A model generated the notes under the pieces. It made no database searches, had not been told where the DNA came from, and was given only the letters and a program-made list of their open reading frames with translations. 64,000 nt of DNA, taken from the NCBI GenBank assembly GCA_036149055.1, contig JAYZQJ010000204.1, positions 19,174 through 83,173 on the forward strand. Direction: 5' to 3'. The position numbers and the translations under genes were made by a program. Positions 26,004-35,400 of this stretch are shown here, piece after piece (position 1 is the stretch's first letter; each line of letters opens with the position of its first letter). The stretch is from Myxococcota bacterium. GTDB lineage: Bacteria > Myxococcota_A > Polyangia > Polyangiales > Sandaracinaceae.

Positions 26004-26456
26004 TCACTGGATGGGGGCGACGGCGACCACCCAGTCGAGCATCACCGCGTCGCGCCGCCAGGGGCCGCGGCAGGCGAGGGGGAGGTCGAGCGCGCTCGCC
26101 ACGGCGGCCAGCGCGGCGTCGCGGTCGTGGGCGCTGGTGCGGAGCTGGCTCGGCCGACCGGCCTCGAAGCGGACGCGCACGGTGGCGCCCGACGGGGCCC
26201 GCACGAAGAGCCAGCGCGCGCCCTCCCGCGGGACCGGAGGGGGCGGCGGGAGCGCCGGCTCCGCCGAGGCCGAGAGCGGCCGCTGGGCGAGGCGCGCCGT
26301 CTGCGCCCGCCGCCAGGCCTCGAGCTCGGAGATGAGGCGGGCCAGCTCCTCGAGGTGGACGCCGCGCGCGGGCGGCTTCGGCGGGGGAGGGAGGAGCGCC
26401 TCGCGGGCGAGGGGGAGGGTCTGGCGGAGGGCGGGATCGGTGATGGGGTCGAGCAA
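26004..26456 (-). CDS. Hypothetical protein
   Basis: TTG start; fills the gap between the MBL hydrolase and ftsZ; GC3-rich; no recognised domain. Confidence 0.5.
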   Translation of the reverse strand: MLDPITDPALRQTLPLAREALLPPPPKPPARGVHLEELARLISELEAWRRAQTARLAQRPLSASAEPALPPPPPVPREGARWLFVRAPSGATVRVRFEAGRPSQLRTSAHDRDAALAAVASALDLPLACRGPWRRDAVMLDWVVAVAPIQ

Positions 26457-26585
26457 GCTCTGGCCTCGTTTTTCAGTGGTTTCTCTTGCATCGACGGACG
26501 GAAATCGGGCCCCCGAACTGACGCTCCCGGAGGACTTTCGCCGCTTATTTCACCCCCCCGGCGCGGGCCTGCTATCCGCTGATCC

Positions 26586-27623
26586 ATGGACGCGATCGGA
26601 GCGGACGTTCGGGTGGTCGGGGTCGGCGGAGCCGGCGGCAACGCGGTGCGGCACATGGCCGGCCTCGGCATCGAAGGAGCGCGGCTGATCGCCGCCAACA
26701 CGGACGCGCAGGCGCTCGAGGGGCACCCGGCCGCGCAGCACCTGATGCTGGGCCGGCGGTCGACCCGCGGGCTCGGCGCGGGCGGTCGACCCTCGGTCGG
26801 CTTCACCGCGGCGCAGGAGTCGACGGCGGAGATCGTCGACGCGGTGTCCGGCGCCGACCTCGTGTTCATCGCGGCCGGGCTCGGCGGCGGCACGGGGACC
26901 GGCGCCGCCCCGCTCGTGGCCCACATCGCCCGCGAGGAGGGCGCCCTGGTGGTCGGCGTCGTGACCACGCCCTTCACCTTCGAGGGCGGCCGCCGGAACC
27001 GCTTCGCGGACCAGGGGCTCGAGGCCCTGCGCGAGCAGGTCGACTCCTTGATCGTCATCCCGAACGACCGGCTCCTCGAGCTGACCGGCGTCGAGCCGAC
27101 GGTGGCCGAGGCCTTCGCCTGCGCCGACGGCGTGCTCGCCGACGGGGTGCGCGGCATCGGCGACCTCGTGATGGAGCACGGGCTCATCAACCTCGACTTC
27201 GCCGACGTCAGCGCCGTCCTCAGCGACGGCGGCCGCGCGGTGATGGGCATCGGGTACGGCCGGGGCCCGCAGCGCGCGCTCCGCGCCATCGAGGCGGCGT
27301 CGCGCTCGCCGCTCCTGGCCGACGACTCGATCGAGGGCGCGCGCGGGGTGCTGATGAGCTTCCGCGTGGACCCCAAGCTCGGCCTCGGCAAGATCCACGA
27401 GGCGGCGGCGCGGGTGCAGGCGCTCGCCGACGACGACGCGGAGATCCTCTTCGGCGTGACCGTCGACACGATGCTCGAAGACGAGGTGCAGGTGACGCTC
27501 GTCGCCGCCGGCCTCGACGCGCCGCTGGAGCGCGAGGAGCCGGTCGAGGTGCAGCGCTCGGCCGAGATCTACGCGCCCGCGGTGGTCTCGAAGCGCCGCA
27601 ACGCGCTCGTCATGCTGCGCTAG
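26586..27623 (+). CDS. ftsZ: FtsZ/tubulin family GTPase (orphan paralogue, short C-terminus)
   Basis: GVGGAGGNAV, ANTDAQAL, GLGAGG, GLGGGTGTGAAP, PFTFEG, NDRL, T7 loop INLDFADV. Confidence 0.92.
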   Translation: MDAIGADVRVVGVGGAGGNAVRHMAGLGIEGARLIAANTDAQALEGHPAAQHLMLGRRSTRGLGAGGRPSVGFTAAQESTAEIVDAVSGADLVFIAAGLGGGTGTGAAPLVAHIAREEGALVVGVVTTPFTFEGGRRNRFADQGLEALREQVDSLIVIPNDRLLELTGVEPTVAEAFACADGVLADGVRGIGDLVMEHGLINLDFADVSAVLSDGGRAVMGIGYGRGPQRALRAIEAASRSPLLADDSIEGARGVLMSFRVDPKLGLGKIHEAAARVQALADDDAEILFGVTVDTMLEDEVQVTLVAAGLDAPLEREEPVEVQRSAEIYAPAVVSKRRNALVMLR

Positions 27624-28432
27624 GGATCGCGAAGCCGGAAGCCGATCACGCTCGGCAGCTCCCAGAAGCGGCGGTTGTCGTCGCTCTCGAAGAAGCCGTC
27701 CTCCCAGCTCCCCATCTCCGCCACGCGGTGCCCCGGCGCCCGCACGACGAGCGAGCTCTCGGGGCCGCCCTCCATGTAGACCAGCCCCCGGATGCCGAGG
27801 TCGAGCTGCTCGAGCATCCGGTTCAACACCGCCACGCGGTAGGGCGTGCGCACGTGGAGGAAGACCGCGCGCCCCTGGCTGTCCGCGCCGAACGCGGCCG
27901 CGCTGTAGCGGCGGCGGCTCGGCCACGGGCGGGCCCGACCGCGGCAGTCGATCATGGTGCGGAAGCCCTGCACCGCCGAGCCGTAGCGGGCGAGGATCTG
28001 GGCGCGGCTCGCGGGGCAGCCGGCGCCGCCGACCGCGATGGGGCTGCGCGGGCCGCGCGGGTCCCAGCCGACGATCGCGTCGTAGCGGGCCGGGTCCCGA
28101 TCGCTGATCACCTCGCCGCGATCGATCAGCGTGCCGACCGGGCGCCGGTTCGGGAGGAACATGCCGGCGTTGATCCCGCCGTGCAGCCCGAAGTCCCGCA
28201 CCCATCGGTCGAGGGTGCGCGCCGGCCCGTCCCGGACCGAGCTCAGGACGGCGATCCGGTAGCGTGACAGGTCCACCCGCACGAGGGTCAGGGTGCGGTC
28301 GCCGGCGGGCGCGGTCGGCGCGCGGGGCAGGCCGACGCGCTCCACGAGGAGCGGCGCGCTCTCCTGCGCTCTCACGCCGAGGCTCGCGCCGAGGAGCGCG
28401 GTCAGGGCCGCCGCCGTCATCCACCACCGCAT
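27620..28432 (-). CDS. Secreted phosphodiester glycosidase (NAGPA-like) family protein
   Basis: Signal peptide; VRVDL, GGINAGMF, SAAAFG, YMEGGPESSL (variant of LDGGGS), LPSVIG. Confidence 0.7.
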   Translation of the reverse strand: MRWWMTAAALTALLGASLGVRAQESAPLLVERVGLPRAPTAPAGDRTLTLVRVDLSRYRIAVLSSVRDGPARTLDRWVRDFGLHGGINAGMFLPNRRPVGTLIDRGEVISDRDPARYDAIVGWDPRGPRSPIAVGGAGCPASRAQILARYGSAVQGFRTMIDCRGRARPWPSRRRYSAAAFGADSQGRAVFLHVRTPYRVAVLNRMLEQLDLGIRGLVYMEGGPESSLVVRAPGHRVAEMGSWEDGFFESDDNRRFWELPSVIGFRLRDP

Positions 28433-28471
28433 GGCGCGCGAACGGCTCTCTCGGGGGCCGCTATTCCCCGG

Positions 28472-29131
28472 TCAGATCAGCCAGAACGCAAGGGCCGCCG
28501 ACCAGGCGAGCAGCACCAGCCCGCGCAGGGTGAGCCTCCGCGCGATGTCCGGCGCCGACGCCCGCCAGAGCTCGGGCGCGCGGCCGATGGCGCGGCCGGT
28601 GCGATACGGGCCGGCCGCGGAAGAGACGAGGTCGAGGCGCGGGAGCGTCAACAGCTCACCGTCCTCCACGCCGACCGGCGCCTTGGCGAGCAGGAAGACG
28701 GCGCGCTCGGTCTCGAGCCGGGCGCCGTCGGCGGTCAGGCGCAGGGCGCCGGAGATCCAGGTGGCCGCGCGGCGCGCGAGGGTCAGCTCCCAGGCGCCCG
28801 CGAACACCGAGGCCACGGCGCCGGTCACGACGATGGGCAGCTGCCATCGCTCCACCGGCCCCTCGAGCGCCATCCAGACGACCACCGGCAGCGCCGGGAG
28901 CCAGACCTGCCAGCGCTCGGCCCGCACGAACGCGAGCAGCTCCCGCGGGCGCTCGTGCTCCCAGCAGACCACGCCGACCATCGCGCCGATGAAGAAGACG
29001 GCGGCGATGAAGCGCGCGCTCCCGTTGGCGGCGACCACCCGCTCGGTGAGGACCGCGAGGACCACCGTCCACACGCCGAGGGCCTCGAGGAGCCCCAGCG
29101 CGCGACCGGGTCGGGCGATCCACGCGGGCAT
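28472..29131 (-). CDS. Membrane protein, hypothetical
   Basis: Four to five hydrophobic segments; xGPYR motif. Confidence 0.6.
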   Translation of the reverse strand: MPAWIARPGRALGLLEALGVWTVVLAVLTERVVAANGSARFIAAVFFIGAMVGVVCWEHERPRELLAFVRAERWQVWLPALPVVVWMALEGPVERWQLPIVVTGAVASVFAGAWELTLARRAATWISGALRLTADGARLETERAVFLLAKAPVGVEDGELLTLPRLDLVSSAAGPYRTGRAIGRAPELWRASAPDIARRLTLRGLVLLAWSAALAFWLI

Positions 29132-29168
29132 GTCATCAGGATAGGTCCAGCCCCTTCCCGCGCCAGGG

Positions 29169-30665
29169 TCACCGAACCGCGAGGCGTCCGCCTTCGAGGG
29201 TCCAGCTGGTCTCGGTCAGCGCCTCGCCGAGGGCGGCGTCGTGGGTGACGAGGAGCAGGGCTCCGGGGTAGCTCGCGAGCGCCGCCTCCAGCCGCTCGAT
29301 CGACGGCACGTCGAGGTGGTTCTCCGGCTCGTCGAGCACCGCGCACCAGACCTTGCGGGCGAGGCCCTCGGCGAGGATCAGCTTCCGCGCTTCGCCGGGC
29401 GAAGGCGAGGGGGTCTCGAGGAGGCGCTTCGGATCCACCCCGAGGGCGGCCACGATCTTCAGCGTGTCTCCGCGGCGGTCGGGCGACATGGCGCGCAGCC
29501 GAGCGAGCGCCTCGGGGCCGGCCTCCTCGGGGAGCGACTGCGGCAGCGCGAGCAGCCGCTCGGGGGGCAGCGACCAGCGCTCGGTGATCGCGCGCAGCAG
29601 GCTGCTCTTGCCCGCGCCGTTCGGCCCCGCGATCCGCACCCGATCGCCGCGCCGCAGCACCACCGAGGTCGGCTCGAGCAGGAGGCGCGACCCCGCCTCC
29701 AGTCTCAGCTCGTCGGCGAAGAGGGTCGGCTTGTCGGCCGGCTCCCACTCGACGGAGAGCGCGCCCCCGAGCGCCCGGGCGACGTGGGCCGCGCCGAGCG
29801 CCTCGTCCGCGCGCGCGACCCGGGTGGAGAACCGCGAGACCGCCTGCGCGTGGGCCGCGGCCGCGTTCTCCGCGCGCCCTCTCCGGCCGGCCTCGCGGGC
29901 GTCCGAGTCGCGCGGCCCCTTGATGCGGGTCCGGGCGGAGATGGTGGCCTCCGACCGCGCCGCGCGCCGCTGCCGGGCGTCGAGCTCGCGCTTCACCCGG
30001 ACGTGCTCCTTCTTCCGCTCCCGGCGCGCGTGGGCGGCGGCGCGCCGCTCGTCCTCCATGGCGCCGCGCGCGTCGGAGTAGGCGCCCGCGCGGAGCTCGA
30101 CCGCGCCGCCTTCGACCCAGACCGTGCGGGTCACCAGGGCGTCGAGGAAGGCGCGGTCGTGGGCGACCACCACGCCGATCCCGGTGAACGCCCGCGCCAT
30201 CTCCGCGAGCGCCTCGCGCGCTTCGGCGTCCAGGTGGTTGGTGGGCTCGTCGAGGAGCAGGACGTCGGGCGCGCCGTCCATCGCGGCCGCGATCTGCCAG
30301 CGCTGGCGCTCGCCGGGGGAGAGCGTCGGCCACCGCTCGAGGGCGTCCGGGTCGAGCCCGAGCCGCGCCCGGCTCCGGCGCGCGAGGCCGTCCCAGCTCC
30401 ACGCGAACGCCTGGACCTCGGGCGTCGGCGCGCGGGGCGACTGCACGCAGCGCGCGATCTGGAGCGAGGTGGGCTCGCGGACGAGCGCGCCGCGGCTGGG
30501 GGAGAGCTCGCCGTGGAGCAGCCGGAGGAGCGTGGTCTTGCCGGCGCCGTTGGGGCCGGCGATCGCGGTCCAGCCGGGCTCGAAGACCAGCGACACGTCC
30601 TCGAAGACGGAAGGGGAGTCGGGGTGGGCGAAGGCCACCTCCGACAAGCGGATGCGGGGAGACAA
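29169..30665 (-). CDS. ABC-F family ATPase (tandem ABC domains, no TMD; possible ribosome protection)
   Basis: GPNGAGKT / LSPGE / LLLDEPTNHLD / VAHDRAFLD and GPNGAGKS / SPGE / LDEPENHLD / VTHD; long basic inter-domain linker; SD GAGGT before TTG. Confidence 0.9.
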   Translation of the reverse strand: MSPRIRLSEVAFAHPDSPSVFEDVSLVFEPGWTAIAGPNGAGKTTLLRLLHGELSPSRGALVREPTSLQIARCVQSPRAPTPEVQAFAWSWDGLARRSRARLGLDPDALERWPTLSPGERQRWQIAAAMDGAPDVLLLDEPTNHLDAEAREALAEMARAFTGIGVVVAHDRAFLDALVTRTVWVEGGAVELRAGAYSDARGAMEDERRAAAHARRERKKEHVRVKRELDARQRRAARSEATISARTRIKGPRDSDAREAGRRGRAENAAAAHAQAVSRFSTRVARADEALGAAHVARALGGALSVEWEPADKPTLFADELRLEAGSRLLLEPTSVVLRRGDRVRIAGPNGAGKSSLLRAITERWSLPPERLLALPQSLPEEAGPEALARLRAMSPDRRGDTLKIVAALGVDPKRLLETPSPSPGEARKLILAEGLARKVWCAVLDEPENHLDVPSIERLEAALASYPGALLLVTHDAALGEALTETSWTLEGGRLAVR

Positions 30666-30667
30666 GA

Positions 30668-30754
30668 GACACCTCGATGAACACGGACGGAGAGGGGCAC
30701 GCGCCGAGGTCGTCGGCAGGGCGTGCGGTTCGTGGTTCAGCGAGAGTTCGTCAT
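30668..30754 (-). promoter_or_regulatory. Putative attenuator leader: uORF MTNSR plus SD-sequestering hairpin
   Basis: ATG ACG AAC TCT CGC TGA (30754-30737); GAC-G-ACCTCG (30714-30705) is complementary to CGAGGT-GTC (30676-30668), which contains the ABC-F SD. Confidence 0.5.
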
Positions 30755-30807
30755 GGTCGACGCCAGGGTAGGCGTCTCGGTGAAGGTGGCGCTCGCGGTG
30801 GGCGGCG

Positions 30808-31392
30808 TCAAGCGTCCCTGTTGCGGTCCGCTTCGTCGAGCGCCTCGCGCAGGGTCTGGGGGCGGTCGGGCGCGGTGACCTTCTTTTTCCAGCGCCGCTC
30901 CCGCCGACGCTTCCTCCACCACAGGCCGAAGAGAGGCCAGGCCTCCTTGCCGTCGAGCGGGCCGAGGGGGATCAGGTTCAGCCCGATGAGGATCGCGTTG
31001 GTGACCGTGAACGCGTAGACGAGGTCGGCGAGGAAGGGCTGCGTGGGCGAGCCCAGCGCGGCCACGACCGCGAGCGTGACCACGAGGATCGGCAGCTGCG
31101 CGAGCACGCCGCCCCAGGCGACCAGCGCGCGCTCGATCGGAGTCGGGGAGCCCGCCCAGCGACACTCCCCGCCCATGCCGTGGAGGCGCACACCCAGGTT
31201 GGCGAGCCCGACCCGGTGCACCACGAAGGCGTGACCGAGCTCGTGAACGATGATCAGCGCGAGGAAGCCGAGCCAGAGGCCGGGGGCGAGGCGGCCGCCG
31301 GTGAAGAAGATCATGCCGATCGGCAGCGACCAGTGCGCGCGTACCGGGACGTCGCGGATCCGGAAGAGCGTGAGGTAGCCGGTCTCGAGCAC
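30808..31392 (-). CDS. Site-2 protease (peptidase M50) family membrane metalloprotease
   Basis: HELGH, VAWGG, NLIPLGPLDG; multiple TM segments; start uncertain (GTG 31392). Confidence 0.88.
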   Translation of the reverse strand: MLETGYLTLFRIRDVPVRAHWSLPIGMIFFTGGRLAPGLWLGFLALIIVHELGHAFVVHRVGLANLGVRLHGMGGECRWAGSPTPIERALVAWGGVLAQLPILVVTLAVVAALGSPTQPFLADLVYAFTVTNAILIGLNLIPLGPLDGKEAWPLFGLWWRKRRRERRWKKKVTAPDRPQTLREALDEADRNRDA

Positions 31393-31466
31393 TCCCCATC
31401 CGTAATCACGAACCATCGAATGCGCATGCGATCGGGTGCGTCGGTGAGGGTATGCTGCCGGCACCG

Positions 31467-32381
31467 ATGCGCGCGCTGACCCTGGCCCTGCTCCTGACCG
31501 CCTGCGGCGGAGACGACGACGACGCCGTGCCCGAGATGGCGACCGGCACCGCCTCGGTGGCGGTGGAGGCGGAGGGCACGGCCGAGGTCGACGCGCCCGC
31601 GGCGCCGCACGGCGGGCGCGTCGTGTCGGTCGGCGCGCACGCGGTGGAGGTGGTGGCCCACGACGACGGGGTCATCGACGCGTTCGTGCTCGGCGACGCG
31701 CCCGAGCCGGCGCAGGTGCAGCTGACGGTGAGCGTCTCGGGGGACGACGGCGAGGTGCACCCGGTGCTCCTGACCTGGCACCCGAGCGAAGGCCGCTACC
31801 AGGGGCGCATGCACCACGCGCAGCCGATCCCGGGGCCGGTCGAGATCGCGATGACGGTGAGCGGAGAGCGCGCCGAGGGGCGTGCCCCGCGCTTGCTGGT
31901 GCTCGCCCCCGAGCCGGCGGCGGCCCCGCCGCGCTCCTCCGCCCGCGCGACGACCGCTCGGGCGCCCAGCTCCCCGTCCAGCTCCTCGTCCAGCGAGGCC
32001 GCGCCCAGCTCCCCGTCGAGCGCGGCGCCCAGCTCCCCGCCCAGCGCGGCCGCGCCCGGCAGCGAGCCGCCGACCGTCGAGGTGCCCGCGCCGTCGGCGC
32101 CGGTGGTCCGCGTCCAGCCCGCTCCCGGCGTGGTCGCGGTGCAGCCGCCGCCCGGAGGCGTGCGGGTGCGGCCCGCCCGGCCCGCCGCTCCACCCGCCGC
32201 GCAGCCGCCCGCCGCGCAGCCGTCCCCCGCGCAGCCGTCCGCCGCGCAGCCGCCAGCCGCGCAGCCGTCCTCCCGCGGCGGCATCCGGGTCCGGAGCCGC
32301 GCGGCGTCGTCCACCGGGCAAGCCGCGTCTCCCGCCTCCCCGTCACGCGGCGGCATCCGCGTCCGGTCCGCCGACGACTGA
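31467..32381 (+). CDS. Lipoprotein with PHGG beta-domain and Pro/Ala/Ser-rich tail
   Basis: Lipobox LLTAC; APHGGRVV...HAVEVV; low-complexity C-terminus. Confidence 0.75.
   Translation: MRALTLALLLTACGGDDDDAVPEMATGTASVAVEAEGTAEVDAPAAPHGGRVVSVGAHAVEVVAHDDGVIDAFVLGDAPEPAQVQLTVSVSGDDGEVHPVLLTWHPSEGRYQGRMHHAQPIPGPVEIAMTVSGERAEGRAPRLLVLAPEPAAAPPRSSARATTARAPSSPSSSSSSEAAPSSPSSAAPSSPPSAAAPGSEPPTVEVPAPSAPVVRVQPAPGVVAVQPPPGGVRVRPARPAAPPAAQPPAAQPSPAQPSAAQPPAAQPSSRGGIRVRSRAASSTGQAASPASPSRGGIRVRSADD
32196..32270 (+). repeat. Five 15-bp tandem repeats encoding (A/P)AQP(P/S)
   Basis: gccgcgcagccgccc / gccgcgcagccgtcc / cccgcgcagccgtcc / gccgcgcagccgcca / gccgcgcagccgtcc. Confidence 0.9.
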
Positions 32382-32441
32382 AGGGCGGCTTACGTCGGTC
32401 GAGGGGAGGAAATTCCCCCGCGAGGAAAGAAAGCCGAGAAC

Positions 32442-32467
32442 GGAACCTCGCGTCGCGGCGCATGTCA
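32442..32467 (+). promoter_or_regulatory. Possible ECF-sigma promoter upstream of the A2M-like operon
   Basis: GGAACC-N16-GTCA, directly before GTG 32477; pattern match only. Confidence 0.3.
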
Positions 32468-32476
32468 GGCTCGGCC

Positions 32477-35400
32477 GTGACCACGCTCCGATTCGTGTTC
32501 GGGCTGCTCCTCCTCGCCCCCGCGCCCGCGCTCGCCCAGCCGACGGGCTACGAGCTCGCGCTGCAGGGGAGCGACGTCCTGCACGCCGGCCGCACGGCGG
32601 TGTTCCGTGGGGTGGCGTATCGAGTCCACGGCCTGGCCGAGCTGAGGCCGCAGGGCGGCGACGTGGAGGCGCGGCTGCGGTGGTCGGAGGGAGAGCGGCC
32701 GAGCACGTCGTGGGTCACCGCGCGCGCGGACGCGGCCGGTCGCTTCCGGCTGGAGCTGCCGGTCCCGGAGGCGGCGCTCGATCCCTCGCCGGTCCTCGAG
32801 GTGCGGGTCGGCGGGGAGGCGGGGCGGCGCTTCTCGTTCCCCGTCCGCGTCGCGCCGGCGCTCGACGTCTTGCTCCGCACCGATCGTCGCCTCTACGAGC
32901 CGGGCGAGCCGGTGCACGCCTGGGCGCTGGTGCGTGACGCGGCCAGCGGGGCGCCCGCGCGCGACGTGCCGGTGGAGCTCCGCCTCACCGGCGGGGCCTT
33001 GCCGCCCACCATGCACGCGCTCCGGACGTCGGAGGCGGGCGTCGTGCACCTCGAGCTCCGCGTGCCCGAGCGCGCCCCGGAGTCCGGGCAACAAATCGCG
33101 CTTCGGATCGAGGGGCAGCTCCAGCAGCGGGCGACCTTCCGCGTCGGCACCCGCACCTCGGAGCGCCTCTTCGCGACCGTCGAGACCCCGGATGCGGCGG
33201 TCACGCCCGGGGCGTCGACGACGGTGAGCGTCTCGGTCACCACGCCCAGCGGCGCGCCGGTCTCCGGGGCCACCGTGCGCCTGACGATCGAAGACGAGGT
33301 GCTCACGGGAAGCACGGGCGACGACGGCGTGGCGCGCCTCGAGGTCCGCGCGCCGGCTCACTTCGAGCACCGGAGCGGGCACGTCTCGGTGCAGGCGGAG
33401 GTCGAGCATCCGGCGCACGGCGCGGTGACCGCGTGGGGCGCCCTCGGGCTCGCGGTGCCGCTCGCGCTGCGGGTCGAGGTGGTGCCGCGGCACGGCGGCC
33501 TGGTCCCCGAGATCGACGACGCGCTCTACGTGCGCCTGATCGAGGGCACGTCCGGGCCGCCCGCCGAGGGCACCGAGGTGACGGTCCGCGGGCCCGCCAT
33601 CCAGGGCGGCTCGTTCACCGGCGCGAGCGACGCGCACGGCCTGGTCGAGGTCCCCGTCCGGCTGCCCCTCGGCGCCGCGTCCTCGCTCGACGGCGCGCCC
33701 GAGACCACGGTCACCGTCGACGTCGCCGGCCCGCTCGAGCGCACCACCGAGGCGTCGATCCCGGTGCTGCGCGACGTCGAGGTGGCGCCGGTCGTCGGCG
33801 ACGTGGTGATGGACCCCGGCGGCGCCATCGAGGTGAGGCTGCTCCGGCGTCCCGCCTGGCGCCGGGCCGGGGTGCGGGTGGAGCTGCTGGACGGGCAGGC
33901 GCCGCTCGACTGGGTCGTCACCCGCGCCGATCGGGTGCGACTGACCCCGCCGCCGGGCCGACTCGGCGTGTTGCACGTTCGGGCGCGGGTGCTGCACGAG
34001 GACGAGACGCTCGACGGCGTGGGCGCGCTCGCGGCCGTCCTGGTGCGGCCGCCGGATCCGGACGAGGCGCGTCTGTCGAGCGCCCGGCCGCGCTGGACGG
34101 TCGGGGACACGGCGCAGCTCACCTTGCACACCGGCGCCGGCGGTCCGCGGCGCTGGGCGGCGCTCCTGGTCCGCGATCTCGCGGCGCACGGCGGCGAGGA
34201 GCCGTTCCGGGCGAGCTTCCTCGGCGGCGCGTTCGAGCGCGCGGTGCGTGCGCCCACGGGCCCGGCGTCCGAGCGGCTCCTGAGGGCCGCGCTCGCCGCG
34301 CACGCGGTCGCCGATCCGGCGACCCAGCCCGCGCCGCCGCTCACCGACGCGCTCGGGCTGCCGGAGGAGGGCGCGGCCACCGACGCGGCGCGCGAGCGAG
34401 GCACGCTGCGCGATCCGTTCCCGCTCGCCCGCGAGCTCGAGCGGCGCGGCGCCTTCGACGCGATGCGCGCGCTGGAGTCGGCGCTGGAGCAGGCGCTCTC
34501 GGAGGGCGGCCTCGACGCGATCACCACCGGCGCCGGCGCGCGCCGCCGCTTCCGGGACGACCTGCTCGCCGCGCAGACCCGGCTCCGGACCCTGGGCGAC
34601 GAGCCGCTCACCCCGAGCATCCTGGAGGACGCGGTGCCGGGCTTCGACTACGAGGCGGTCGCCAGGCGCGTCGCCCGGGCCCGGCTGGTGCGGTTGATGG
34701 CCGCGCTCGCCCGCTACCTCGACCCGGGGGACGACGCGCCCGTCGCCGCCCGCATGGCGTCGCGAGAGCCGAGCGAGCGGTGGCTCGGGCGCATGGTCGA
34801 GCGCGGCGTGATCGCGCAGACCGACCTCGACGACCCGTGGGGCGGACGCTTCACGCTCCGGGCCTCGCGCGCGCCGCTCCTCGTGCTCGGCGCGGCGGCC
34901 ACCGCGCTCGAGCTCGTCTCGCCCGGCCCGGACGGCCGTCCCGGCACCCGCGACGACGTGCGGGATCCGTTCGCGCGCGTGGTGCCCGCCGCCACCCCGT
35001 ACGCGATCGCGAGCGGGGAAGATGCGTTGATGCGTCAGCTCGCGATGATCTCGCCTCTGGCCCGCACCCTGGAGGCGCTGCGCGAGGCCTACCGGCGGAC
35101 GCTCGCGGAGATGGCCGAGGAGCTGATCGGCGACGCGGTCGCGGGCGGCTACAGCGAGGGCAGCCTGGGGCTCGGGGGGCTCGGTACCGTCGGGCACGGC
35201 CGGGGCGGGGGAGGCAGCGGCTACGGATCGGGCAGCGGCTACGGGCGCATGGGGCGACGAGGTCGCATCCGGGTGGGCTCCGCCGGGCTCGCGGGTGTGG
35301 TGCGGGAGCGCTTCCCGCCGACCCTGCTCTTCCGGCCCGCGCTGGTCGTCGACGCCGACGGCACGACGGAGCTGGCGGTGCCCCTCGCCGACGCGGTCAC

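Noticed and set aside
32196..32270. Short tandem repeats as a CRISPR array
   Set aside because: No spacers, 15-bp in-frame coding repeats, and no cas genes in the window.
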